Shown here piece by piece: positions 7,835 to 17,131 of a stretch of 64,000 nucleotides of DNA. The notes beneath the pieces are model-generated. The model did not search any database, had not been told where the DNA came from, and was given only the letters and a program-made list of their open reading frames with translations. Source of the stretch: a virus. Taxonomy: Duplodnaviria > Caudoviricetes. The position numbers and the translations under genes were made by a program. Location of the stretch: positions 32,001 through 96,000 of IMG/VR virus record IMGVR_UViG_3300014208_000024. One strand, given 5' to 3'. Position 1 is the first letter of the stretch, and every line of letters starts with the position of its first letter.

Positions 7835-8992
7835 ATGGAAAAAATTGAACTTACTTTTTTACGCCCAGATGAAGATACTGGGAACTTTATTTATAAAGGT
7901 ACAGATGGAAAAATATACATTAGTATTGATGGAATAATTCATGATGTAACACAAGAAAGAGAGCCTCTCGGTCCTGTTTACAACACATTTGTAAAACCAG
8001 GAGAACCTGTTTATAATCCAGAAGATAGATTTGGTAGAAATCCAGGTAGTAAAATTCAAACAGAAAACCATAAAAAATTAAAAAACTTTATTCAGGAAGA
8101 ATTAATAAAACTTCACAAAATAACACTTCTTGAAGAAGAAAAAAGACAAATCAATAAAGAACTAAGACTTTTAAAAGAAGGAAAAGAAGATTTGGTGGAT
8201 TATGATGTTCCAGAATGGGCAATGTCTGCTTTAATTAATGGAGATTTAAGTGGATTAGAAGATGAAGATATACAAAAAATAAATTCATTTACCGAATCTG
8301 TTGCAAAAGCTCATGGAAATGCTCATTTTATGCTTGGCGATATTGATGGTGAAGATAATCTTGGATTTAAACACTATAATGATATTGATAATTTAGGAAG
8401 CAATGTTTATAGGTTATATATTAATCCAGACAAAGAAACAAGTTTTAAAGATATACCATTTAACAAAAGATTACAAGGTGGAGAATATTTTGTTAAAGAA
8501 ACAAAAGATGTAGATGCAATGTATAAAAAAGCTGGAATGGAACCCCCACATCCTGGAAAAGGAATACATACTAAAAAATTTCACAAATGTGTTACTTCAG
8601 TTGGTGAAAAAGGTGGAAAAAACCCTTATGCTATCTGTATGTCCTCTTTAGGAAAAAATAAAGCTGTAAAAGCAGATCATAGAACAGAAGAAGGAAGTTC
8701 TCCAATGGTAGATGAAATCAAAAAACCAATTGTTCCAATATCCGAAAAAACAAAGGCTGTATTAAATAAATGGATTCAAGAAAAAGGATCAAAAGAAGCT
8801 GCAGTACAATTGATAAATAGATTAAGCGAAACAGGTATGGTTTCTGATCTTCCTGATAGTATGGAATATGGACAAGGAGTTAACAAAATTGAAGCTTTGT
8901 TAAAAAGTGGAAATTTAGATCAAGCATTTCATCTTGCAAAATCTCTAGCAAAAAAATTAGAGAGAAAAGCAATGAAAGACTTTGGATTTTAA
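7835..8992 (+). CDS. Multi-domain hypothetical protein (probable virion protein)
   Basis: ORF; internal KLKNFIQEELIKLHK motif similar to 49260 and 36985. Confidence 0.65.
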   Translation: MEKIELTFLRPDEDTGNFIYKGTDGKIYISIDGIIHDVTQEREPLGPVYNTFVKPGEPVYNPEDRFGRNPGSKIQTENHKKLKNFIQEELIKLHKITLLEEEKRQINKELRLLKEGKEDLVDYDVPEWAMSALINGDLSGLEDEDIQKINSFTESVAKAHGNAHFMLGDIDGEDNLGFKHYNDIDNLGSNVYRLYINPDKETSFKDIPFNKRLQGGEYFVKETKDVDAMYKKAGMEPPHPGKGIHTKKFHKCVTSVGEKGGKNPYAICMSSLGKNKAVKADHRTEEGSSPMVDEIKKPIVPISEKTKAVLNKWIQEKGSKEAAVQLINRLSETGMVSDLPDSMEYGQGVNKIEALLKSGNLDQAFHLAKSLAKKLERKAMKDFGF

Positions 8993-9031
8993 AAAGAAAA
9001 CAAAAAAGCCCCATCTCTGGGGCTTTTCCTT

Positions 9032-9289
9032 TTAAACATTTGGATTAACCAATTTCTGATCAACCCATTTTCCATTTTGTAAAACTTTGTTGACTTTTTC
9101 AACTCTTATTTCCCAAGAATTTGGAAAATCAGCCAACCTCGTTCTTTTTTTAGCTTCTTTGAGTGCCTCAATCTGAGCTTCGTGATATCTTTCACGTTTC
9201 TTAGATTCAGTTTCCACAAAGAAGTGTGGAGCCTCGTAACCCATTCTATGGATTGAACGTACCTTCCACAACCTGATTGTTTGATACAT
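9032..9289 (-). CDS. Hypothetical protein
   Basis: ORF ending at bidirectional terminator. Confidence 0.65.
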   Translation of the reverse strand: MYQTIRLWKVRSIHRMGYEAPHFFVETESKKRERYHEAQIEALKEAKKRTRLADFPNSWEIRVEKVNKVLQNGKWVDQKLVNPNV

Positions 9290-9519
9290 AAAAATTATGT
9301 AGATTTGATCCTAACATAAATTTTCTAATCAGGTTGAATTAAAGAATGTAGAGTTTTTTGTTTTTTTAATCATAGGAATTTTTTTTCAAACAAATTTCTT
9401 AAGTGGATTTTTCCACCTTTGTCTTAAAAGACTCTTTAAAATAGATATAAATATCTTCCTACTATAATAAATAGTAAAAAAAAATCTCAACCCTTTCGAA
9501 TTGAGATTTTTATAAAACC

Positions 9520-10250
9520 CTGAGATTATAGGTTTAGTGAGTCAACTTTCGGGGGATTATTGGTTCCCCACCTTATCCACATACCTTGCGGCATGTACCA
9601 ACTCAATCTCGATTGGTTAGACCAATCACCTCTTTCGTCATAAACTACTCTACTGCTACTACCGCCATAACAAGAGTGCCCCCCTGCCATAACATTTCAC
9701 AATAATCCGTTAAACCTTGCGAGTCAAACGTCCCCAGTTCAACCGAAGTTGCCAGGATCTGAGAGACCTTTCGCCTATAACGCCAGCGGAACTTTTGCTT
9801 GCTTGAATTTTTTTCATAAAATTGAAGTTGTGCTTTTAATTGAAGATGTGCCGCTGGAACAGCTTCGTTCCTTTTGGGAACGAAATACTATACACCCTCT
9901 GCGCCCTTTTGCATCGGTACGCTCTCACCTTCGCCGCCCTGTAACTCTTACGAGAACGAGAACTCCAAAGATAAATGGAACACGCTCTAAAGCTTGCTAA
10001 ACCTTGAACATTATTCCTCGGCTTTTCCTATTGCCCCTTTCGGAGATCAACCGCCTCAAGCACTTCAGAGACGATATTTCACTCAGCAGTTGCCCTTGTG
10101 AAATGTACTAACCTATTGTATGCTCGACTTCTTTTCAAAAGCGACAAGATATTAACCTCGCCTTTATCCTGGTCACCCAGTTTATTTTCCTGACCCTTTC
10201 GGATCAGGCTTGACCACCAGTAGGTTGTCAACGACAGCACACTGCCATAA
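9520..10250 (-). ncRNA. Large structured ncRNA, GOLLD-like (about 730 nt)
   Basis: GC-rich non-coding island with many GNRA/UUCG hairpins, own promoter, boxA and terminator; size and tRNA-proximal phage context fit GOLLD. Confidence 0.6.
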
Positions 10251-10370
10251 ATTTTTTATCAATATTTTAAAGAACGTATCTTACTTAATTTTCTACTCTA
10301 TACGCAAAGATAAGAAAAAAGTTTCAAAAAAACAAGTTTTTTTTATTTTTTTTTTAAAAAACTTTTTTTA

Positions 10371-10454
10371 AGAGACGTAACCAGGCTGCTCAACCACTAC
10401 CCTTGCTTTCTTCCGAACCTGGGGGAGTTCGTAGGAGCCTGCCTGTTACGCTTT
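10371..10454 (-). ncRNA. ffs: Small SRP (4.5S) RNA
   Basis: Long hairpin with CAGGTTC-GGAA-GAAAGCA domain IV motif; boxA and promoter upstream. Confidence 0.85.
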
Positions 10455-10592
10455 ATCTTAACTATATAAAGAACCTTTGTGAATGTAAATATTTAAAAAA
10501 ATCTTATTTACACACATCTATACGGAAAAAATTTAAAAAGGTTACAAGAAACAAACATTTTTTTTAATATTTATTATAAATACATTTATATA

Positions 10593-10982
10593 ATGAAAGA
10601 AAATCTAAGAAGCCTTATTAGAGAAGAAGTATCAAAACTATTTGAAAATTGGGAAGATGATTATATAAGCTCATTTGAATATGAAGATATTCCAGATATG
10701 CAACCAGGAGGAGAAGCTCATAAATCATTTTTAAGAGATCTAGAAAAAGAACCAGAAATGGGAACTTATAAAGAACCAACTGAACAGGAATTGGAAAATA
10801 TAATTCAAGGATTACAACAAGCAAATTTAGAATTACCAAGCGATCAAGAATTAATTAATCAAGCAGAAGAAGATATGCAAAGAAAATTAAACAATTCCGA
10901 AATAGAAAAAATAAAAAGAACTAAAAAAAGAATGGAAAAAATTGCTGGAGCAGGAACATTTAATGAATCTCAAACAATATAA
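10593..10982 (+). CDS. Hypothetical acidic protein, N-terminal LRSLIREEV motif
   Basis: ORF. Confidence 0.7.
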   Translation: MKENLRSLIREEVSKLFENWEDDYISSFEYEDIPDMQPGGEAHKSFLRDLEKEPEMGTYKEPTEQELENIIQGLQQANLELPSDQELINQAEEDMQRKLNNSEIEKIKRTKKRMEKIAGAGTFNESQTI

Positions 10983-10984
10983 TT

Positions 10985-11680
10985 ATGAAAAATTTTATCA
11001 GAAAAATTATAAAAAAACAAATAAACATTTTATTTGAAAACTCCTTAGAAGAACTAAACTCTGGACTCACAAGAGATCAAAAACAAATTGATATGGCAAG
11101 GAGACTTATGGGAGATGATTCAATTATTGTTTTAAACAAATTAGACTTTGGAGAAGAATTAACTTTCAGTGAAATGGAAGAAGCAAGAGACAAATATCTT
11201 GCAGATTATATATTCGCAAAGGCAAAATTAAACGGAAAAAGAAAAGTTGTTAATCCAATAAACCTAGAAGACTTAGAAGCTATATTTAATGTAAAAGGAA
11301 ACGTTTTAGATGGATATATGAATATATTAGTTAATAAATTTTCAAACGTCGAACAAATAAGCGATCTGGAAAGAAGCGCTTTGTTAAACATTGGAGGAGT
11401 AGATACCCCAACTAATGCAAGCAATGAAATAGCAAAAAAATATATCATTAAAATGCTTTTAAACTTAGATGTTCCTCAAGCTGGAGACAATAAGTGGACA
11501 AGAAATGATAGCATAGAAGCACACAAAGCTTACCAAATTGCAATGACAGATGAAGAATTTAGAAATATTGTTGAGAAAGTTCTGCAAAGAAGTGGAAAAC
11601 AAAATTCTAGATTATATAGAAAATTGAAAAAACTTTCAATTCCTCCAGTACCAGAAAAACCACTGGAAGAAATAAATTAA
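10985..11680 (+). CDS. Hypothetical protein, N-terminal IRKIIKKQI motif
   Basis: ORF. Confidence 0.7.
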   Translation: MKNFIRKIIKKQINILFENSLEELNSGLTRDQKQIDMARRLMGDDSIIVLNKLDFGEELTFSEMEEARDKYLADYIFAKAKLNGKRKVVNPINLEDLEAIFNVKGNVLDGYMNILVNKFSNVEQISDLERSALLNIGGVDTPTNASNEIAKKYIIKMLLNLDVPQAGDNKWTRNDSIEAHKAYQIAMTDEEFRNIVEKVLQRSGKQNSRLYRKLKKLSIPPVPEKPLEEIN

Positions 11681-11715
11681 CAAAAAACCCCCAAATTTCT
11701 CTGGGGGTTTTCTTT

Positions 11716-12099
11716 TTATAAACCGTATTTTCTGAAATAAGCCGTATTTGACATACTGGCATGTTCACTAGAACCACCCTTATCAAGAATGTAAAGTTTA
11801 AATTCTTCTGTGTCTAATTCAATTTCAGACTCAACTTCCATTTCAAACATCTTAATAAAGTCATCAAACATACCAACTCTATCAATTGGTTCAACTAAAC
11901 TTAAATGAAGTCCATTTTTCCCTTCTTCTAAGTCTTTTTTAATCTGCTCTAACTGTGATAAACCCTCAAGTTTATAAGCCTTTTTTGCTTTTGCATACTC
12001 AACAATGTGATTTTCTTTGTTTTGTAACAAGGCAGCAATAACCTCTTTCGTTTTTACTTTGATTTTTCTTTGCATAATTCTAGAAATTGGTGTTCCCAT
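11716..12099 (-). CDS. Hypothetical protein
   Basis: ORF; start moved to MGTPIS. Confidence 0.7.
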   Translation of the reverse strand: MGTPISRIMQRKIKVKTKEVIAALLQNKENHIVEYAKAKKAYKLEGLSQLEQIKKDLEEGKNGLHLSLVEPIDRVGMFDDFIKMFEMEVESEIELDTEEFKLYILDKGGSSEHASMSNTAYFRKYGL

Positions 12100-12220
12100 A
12101 ATTTTATTTTTAATTATATGCAAATATATAAAATAATTATTATAATACAAAATAAATAGCAAACTTTTTAAGTTCAACTTCAATTATCGTTTTTTATAAT
12201 ATTTATATAAAAAATAAATT

Positions 12221-13027
12221 ATGAATAAATGTTTAAATTGTGAAAAAGAAACAAAAAATGAAAAATTTTGTTCTATAAGTTGCCAAAATAAATTTCAAAA
12301 ATCAAAACAAATTGATAAAAGACTGGGATTATTTATTGAGTTTACAATTAAGTGTTTTAAATGTGGAGGTTCGCTCGTTGTTAGAGAAAGAGAAAAATTA
12401 TTCCCACAAAAAGAAAAATACTATTGTAGTAGAAATTGTGCTAATTCAAAACCTCATAGTGATAATACAAAAAATAAAATTAGAAAAAAAGTCAAAGATT
12501 TTATAAGAAAAAATCCAGATAAATATGGGAAGGGCGTTGTGAAAATAATTTGTAAAAAATGTCTTAAAGAGTTCGTTGTTCCTTATGGACAAAGAGATAG
12601 ACAGTTTTGTTGTAAAAAATGTGCTTCTGAATGGATGAAAAATTCTCCTTTATCACAAACAACTGGGTTGTTATCTTCACAAATACAAAAAAAATCAAGA
12701 AGAAGTAAAAACGAAATGTATTTTGCTGAATTATGTAAATCTTATTTTAATAAAGTTTTAACCAACGAACCAATGTTTAATGGTTGGGATGCAGATGTAA
12801 TAATTGAAGATATAAAAACTGCAGTTCTTTGGAATGGAAAATGGCACTATGAAAAAATAACAAAAAACCATTCTGTTAAACAGGTTCAAAATAGAGATAA
12901 AATAAGAATTAAGGAAATAGAGTTAAAAAACTACAAATATTATATAATAAAAGATATGGGAAGATATGATTTAAAATTTGTTAATAAAGAATTTGAAAAA
13001 TTTATAAAACATGTTGGAAAAATATAG
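12221..13027 (+). CDS. Zn-ribbon plus PD-(D/E)XK (Vsr-like) endonuclease
   Basis: CxxC/CSxxC repeats; SKNE...WDADVII...WNGKWHY. Confidence 0.75.
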   Translation: MNKCLNCEKETKNEKFCSISCQNKFQKSKQIDKRLGLFIEFTIKCFKCGGSLVVREREKLFPQKEKYYCSRNCANSKPHSDNTKNKIRKKVKDFIRKNPDKYGKGVVKIICKKCLKEFVVPYGQRDRQFCCKKCASEWMKNSPLSQTTGLLSSQIQKKSRRSKNEMYFAELCKSYFNKVLTNEPMFNGWDADVIIEDIKTAVLWNGKWHYEKITKNHSVKQVQNRDKIRIKEIELKNYKYYIIKDMGRYDLKFVNKEFEKFIKHVGKI

Positions 13028-13035
13028 TAACAGTG

Positions 13036-13112
13036 TAGCAACAGTGGGATTCGAACCCACAAAAATCCTCCGCCTTATGAGAGCGTTGCGCTACCAATTG
13101 CGCCATGTTGCC
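13036..13112 (-). tRNA. tRNA-Met or Ile2 (CAU)
   Basis: CGCT-CTCATAA-GGCG. Confidence 0.8.
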
Positions 13113-13120
13113 ATTAAAAT

Positions 13121-13329
13121 AATGATGTGTGAAAGCCTCCTACTTTCATAATCTCACTGACTTACACAGTTAGAGAGTCTCGGAATTTCACAACAAAGAC
13201 AATTACAATCAAACAAATGCTAATTCTTTACGAAATGAGCACCTTGCTTTAACCGTGTTGCCAAACACATCGCCTTTGTTGATCTACTGCTGAACTCTTA
13301 ATTACAGCTCTTATGCAAACACATCACTT
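13121..13329 (-). ncRNA. Rod-shaped ncRNA with central bubble, 6S-like candidate
   Basis: Closing helix GTGATGTGT/ACACATCAT, 13-bp CAACAAAGGCGAT/ATTGTCTTTGTTG, symmetric 11-nt bubble. Confidence 0.5.
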
Positions 13330-13408
13330 GCTTAAAAACAATTCATGCATTAATTGTTAGAAAGCGGGGGAAACACTCTCTCCTTTGCAAGTAAAGATTG
13401 TGAATCCT

Positions 13409-14311
13409 TTATCTTATAATATTTAATTCCTTTTCAGTCCATACCTCAAATGGTATGTTATTTTTTTTACAATATTTTTTAACAGCTTTAATTTTTTCTT
13501 TATTATTCCATCTATTTAACAATCTTTTTGGCTTAACTTCAACTATTTTTTTTAGTTCTTCTTTGTAAAAAATTTCAAAATCTATAATTGTACTTCTTTT
13601 TCCATTCCTATATTTTATATTGTATGGCTCGTAATTATAATAAAGAACATTATCATCTTTTTCTAATATTTCCATAGCTATTAACTCATAAGAACTTCTG
13701 TATTTTATTTCTTTTTTATTTTTATTACTATAATAAATTCCACCTTTATATTTTTTATGTGATGGAGAAATCCCAAACATTCCATTGCTTTTTCCGCTAT
13801 TTTTTCCTTTTATAGAATTTGATATTTTCTTTTTCACATCCTCGCTTTGTGATGCACATTTTTTAGAACAATAAATGTTTTCATGCTTATTAACTTCTTT
13901 TCCACAAAATTTACATCTTGGTTTTTCTTTTATATTTTTTTTCTTACCTGCTTCAATACGCTCTATTAAAAATCCAAACGCACCATTTTCTCTAATGCGT
14001 TTTTTTATAGAATCTCCTATGTTTTTTTTCGTTTTTTCTGATTGAATTCTTTTGTTTGCACAACTTCTAGAACAAAACATAGAATATTTTTTTTTCTCAA
14101 AATCTGTTTTTTTTAAAATAATCTCATATTTTTTTCCACATCTCAAACATCCAAACTCATACTCTAATCTTTCTATTTTTCTACTATTAGATGCTTTTTG
14201 TATCATGTTTTTTTTGTTTGGGTTTTTTTTACAATTAATTATATGACCACCAAGTTGTTGTTGCTTGTCATATTTTATTAATTGTCCACAATATTTACAT
14301 TTTTTTTCCAT
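13409..14311 (-). CDS. Homing endonuclease, Zn-ribbons plus TnsA-like PD-(D/E)XK domain
   Basis: YRSSYE...YEPYNIKY...IDF...IVEVKP. Confidence 0.8.
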   Translation of the reverse strand: MEKKCKYCGQLIKYDKQQQLGGHIINCKKNPNKKNMIQKASNSRKIERLEYEFGCLRCGKKYEIILKKTDFEKKKYSMFCSRSCANKRIQSEKTKKNIGDSIKKRIRENGAFGFLIERIEAGKKKNIKEKPRCKFCGKEVNKHENIYCSKKCASQSEDVKKKISNSIKGKNSGKSNGMFGISPSHKKYKGGIYYSNKNKKEIKYRSSYELIAMEILEKDDNVLYYNYEPYNIKYRNGKRSTIIDFEIFYKEELKKIVEVKPKRLLNRWNNKEKIKAVKKYCKKNNIPFEVWTEKELNIIR

Positions 14312-14365
14312 TTTTTTGTATTTATTTTACTATAAATATCAGCAAAAAATAAAAATTGAACTCTG

Positions 14366-14437
14366 AGCGGTATACTGGATTTAAACCAGCGACCTTCACA
14401 TTGGCAATGTGACATTCTATCACTGAACTAATACCGC
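14366..14437 (-). tRNA. tRNA-Gly(GCC)
   Basis: TCACA-TTGCCAA-TGTGA. Confidence 0.9.
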
Positions 14438-14440
14438 ATA

Positions 14441-14607
14441 AAATTAGGGAAATTTCGAACTAAGCATTTTTCTTTTTCTGCCCCATTTAACCACTCTGGA
14501 ACCCCCCCGAATTACTCCTTATTTGTCGAGGGGGATGGATTCGAACCACCGAAGGCTTACGCCAGCAGATTCCTTATCGAAGTAACTTAATTTGTTACCA
14601 CTAATTT
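14441..14607 (-). ncRNA. Y-RNA-like element Y4 (permuted tRNA-Tyr-type body, no anticodon loop)
   Basis: Family stem; long variable arm, T-arm, acceptor, D-arm CAGAGTGGTTAAA. Confidence 0.75.
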
Positions 14608-15387
14608 ATATTTTTTATTCCAATTTTCTATTTTGTTTTTTAAATCATCTAATGAAATAGAACATTTTTTATTTTTACTTGAATTATTTGAATGAACCAT
14701 TAATTTGCAATTTGCTGGATGAGAAATAATATTTGAATCAATTTTTTGTTTAAAACCTTCCGAAATTGAAAACATGTGATCTCTACTAATTCCATTTAAG
14801 TTATTCCCTTTATTCTTTGCACAATACCATCCAAATTTTTTAATCAACTCAAAGTCAAATTCTTCTACGAAATCTTTTAGATTAAAATTAAATCGACACT
14901 CTGATTTATATATATTAAATTCAGTCATCTTTTTTTTATCAAAAATTTTTCTACAATTTATCCCACAAAATTTATTTTTTCTTTTTTTAAATGGCAAAAT
15001 AGCATTACACTCTAAACAAAAATTTGGATTTTCATAATATTTGTCAATACCATTTTTTTTAATATTAGCATTTTTAATGTTTTCTTTTGCTTTGTCACTA
15101 AAAACAACTTTTCTGCCAGTATTTTTCTTATTGTTAAATGATGTAGAACAACTTAAAGAACAAAAAGTATTAAACCTTTTTTCGTATGAAATTAAATTAC
15201 CACAATGTTTACATTTTTTAATATCAATTTTAGGTTTATGAAATTCATTATAACAAGTTAAGGAACAAAAATGTTTTCTTCCCATTTTTTCACTTCTTTT
15301 AAATTCTGTTTTTGTTTTTTCAAACTCATTTTTACAATTTTCGCAAATTATTAAAATTGTTTTTCTATTATTCTTAAAAATTTTCAT
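14587..15387 (-). CDS. Zn-ribbon HNH-like homing endonuclease
   Basis: CxxC repeats; ISRDHMFSI...HPANCKL. Confidence 0.75.
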   Translation of the reverse strand: MKIFKNNRKTILIICENCKNEFEKTKTEFKRSEKMGRKHFCSLTCYNEFHKPKIDIKKCKHCGNLISYEKRFNTFCSLSCSTSFNNKKNTGRKVVFSDKAKENIKNANIKKNGIDKYYENPNFCLECNAILPFKKRKNKFCGINCRKIFDKKKMTEFNIYKSECRFNFNLKDFVEEFDFELIKKFGWYCAKNKGNNLNGISRDHMFSISEGFKQKIDSNIISHPANCKLMVHSNNSSKNKKCSISLDDLKNKIENWNKKYKLVVTN

Positions 15388-15459
15388 ACTTTTATTTTTC
15401 TTATAAATATTAAAAAAAAATAAAAGTGGAGTTTTTTTGAGTCGAACTTGTATGCTTAG

Positions 15460-15533
15460 TGGAAGTGAAGGGTTTCGAACCCTCATACCTTATGCTTGCA
15501 AAGCATCTGCTCAGCCAATTGAGCTACACCCCC
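15460..15533 (-). tRNA. tRNA-Ala(UGC)
   Basis: TTTGCAA loop, G3:U70. Confidence 0.9.
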
Positions 15534-15615
15534 AGATTTCCTATTAACTCTTCCATTCACCCTAAAGTGGGTGGGTTTACAGAACTTCGGAAAGACTTTC
15601 GTCTTGTTCAATTAG

Positions 15616-15689
<74 letters not shown>

Positions 15690-15780
15690 AAATGATAGTC
15701 TTTCCCATCTGTCACCCTTAGATGTGATTATTAAAAATAATCAGTGTATTGCGGGTTGTCTACACCATCCTTTTTCAAAA

Positions 15781-15927
15781 AACAGGGAAAATTTATAAGA
15801 GTTTGTTTTACGTGCTCTAACCGACTGAGCTATCCCGCCATTTTCCTTTTATTTGTGGCGGGAGCAGGATTCGAACCTACGGCGACGGCATTATGATTGC
15901 GAAGTAACTCTCATTGTTGCCACTGTT
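15781..15927 (-). ncRNA. Y-RNA-like element Y5 (permuted tRNA, Met CAU loop)
   Basis: Family stem; GCA-ATCATAA-TGC. Confidence 0.75.
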
Positions 15928-15945
15928 TTATCTTAAATATGTTAA

Positions 15946-16098
15946 AAATTAGGGAATTCTTCGCAGAATCTGTTTTTAAGCGCTCTAACCAACTGAGCTA
16001 TCCCCGCATTATTTTTTATTTAGAGCGGGGAACAGGATTCGAACCTATGGCCTCTGTCTTGGAAGGACGATGAAATTCTACATTTTGCCACTAATTTT
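15946..16098 (-). ncRNA. Y-RNA-like element Y6 (permuted tRNA, Gly UCC loop)
   Basis: AGTGGCAA/TTCCCT stem; GTC-CTTCCAA-GAC. Confidence 0.72.
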
Positions 16099-16102
16099 AT
16101 TG

Positions 16103-16177
16103 TCGGGGTAACTGGATTTGAACCAGCGAACACTTGCATCCCATGCAAGCCCATATAGCCATCTGTGGAACACCCCG
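16103..16177 (-). tRNA. tRNA-Pro(GGG)
   Basis: CTTGC-ATGGGAT-GCAAG. Confidence 0.85.
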
Positions 16178-16245
16178 TAAGGTGCGGAATTTAAAGTCGT
16201 GGAGTCACAATGCTCAACGGCACAAACCTTCCGCTGTTTGTTTTG

Positions 16246-16320
16246 TCTGGGTAAAGGGATTCGAACCCCCGAACACGTGCTTCCAAAGCACGCCCGTATA
16301 GCCATCTGCGGAACACCCAG
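16246..16320 (-). tRNA. tRNA-Pro(UGG)
   Basis: CGTGC-TTTGGAA-GCACG. Confidence 0.85.
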
Positions 16321-16426
16321 AAATAAAAGAGAGAACATCTTATGAGATGCTGTCCTAACCATCACCGTTCACGTTTCAGGTCAGTAACTCAAGTCTTGTG
16401 AACCTCCCAAGACCCTTTTCTTTTTG

Positions 16427-16501
16427 TCGGGTAAGCAGGATTCGAACCTGCGAACATCTGTCTCCGAAACAGACCCATATAGCCATCTGTGGAACTACCC
16501 G
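16427..16501 (-). tRNA. tRNA-Pro(CGG)
   Basis: TCTGT-TTCGGAG-ACAGA. Confidence 0.85.
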
Positions 16502-16521
16502 AATTTTAATTTCATTTTCAC

Positions 16522-16610
16522 TGGTAGCGGGTGAGGGACTCGAACCCCCGCTTCCCTTTTGGAGAAGTCCAGCTTATGAGACTGGCAAGATACCACTTCT
16601 CTAACCCGCA
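16522..16610 (-). tRNA. tRNA-Met(CAU) with long variable arm
   Basis: CCAGT-CTCATAA-GCTGG; CTTCTC/GGGAAG arm; 1:72 mismatch; CCA. Confidence 0.8.
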
Positions 16611-16617
16611 ATATTTG

Positions 16618-16699
16618 TCGAAAGGGAGGGAGTTGAACCCCCATAGCCGAAGGCGACGGTTTTACAGACCGCTGATTTAGCCGATTTACCATCCTTTCG
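16618..16699 (-). tRNA. tRNA-Tyr(GUA)
   Basis: CGGT-CTGTAAA-ACCG, class II arm. Confidence 0.85.
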
Positions 16700-16817
16700 A
16701 AAACTTTGGCTCATGGGTCAGTTACTATCCCATTTTTATTTAACGCTATTCCAAGGCGACTAACTTGTGTCCAACAACGCATCCACTATGCAGCCAAAGG
16801 GAGATTTTTAAAATTTG

Positions 16818-16902
16818 TGAGAGTAGAAGGATTCGAACCTCCAACGCCCCGAAGGGCAACAGGGTTACAGCCTGTCAGACATCCTGGTTGTCTAATACTC
16901 CC
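16818..16902 (-). tRNA. tRNA-Tyr(GUA)
   Basis: ACAGG-CTGTAAC-CCTGT, class II arm. Confidence 0.85.
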
Positions 16903-16906
16903 ATTT

Positions 16907-17058
16907 AAATCAGGGTAAAAGCGAATAAGCTTTTTTGTTTTTGAATTTTTCCCCATAGTTTAAAATTTAATTGGTGGGGAAAGCAGGATTCGAACCTACA
17001 ATGTTTAGTTTTACAGACTATTTTCTTCCGAAGTAACTCATTCTGTTGCCACTGATTT
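16907..17058 (-). ncRNA. Y-RNA-like element Y7 (Tyr GUA loop, T-arm, acceptor with ACCA, no D-arm)
   Basis: Family stem; TAGT-CTGTAAA-ACTA. Confidence 0.7.
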
Positions 17059-17059
17059 G

Positions 17060-17131
17060 TGGAGGATAACGATACCGATTCGTTGGTCTGTTGCTTGCAA
17101 AACAACCGCTTTACCATTAAGCTAAGCCCCC
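17060..17131 (-). tRNA. tRNA-Ala(UGC), atypical T-loop
   Basis: GTTGT-TTTGCAA-GCAAC; G3:U70; T-loop ATCGGTA. Confidence 0.7.

Noticed and set aside
13121-13329. Group I intron or RNase P RNA
   Set aside because: A TTCAGCAG Q-like motif is present but there is no P7 pair or flanking exon; RNase P CR-I/CR-V motifs are not in the correct order
16704-16799. Pistol ribozyme suggested by GCGTTAAATA
   Set aside because: The required pseudoknot partner and GCGU/GU cleavage-site context are not in the right order
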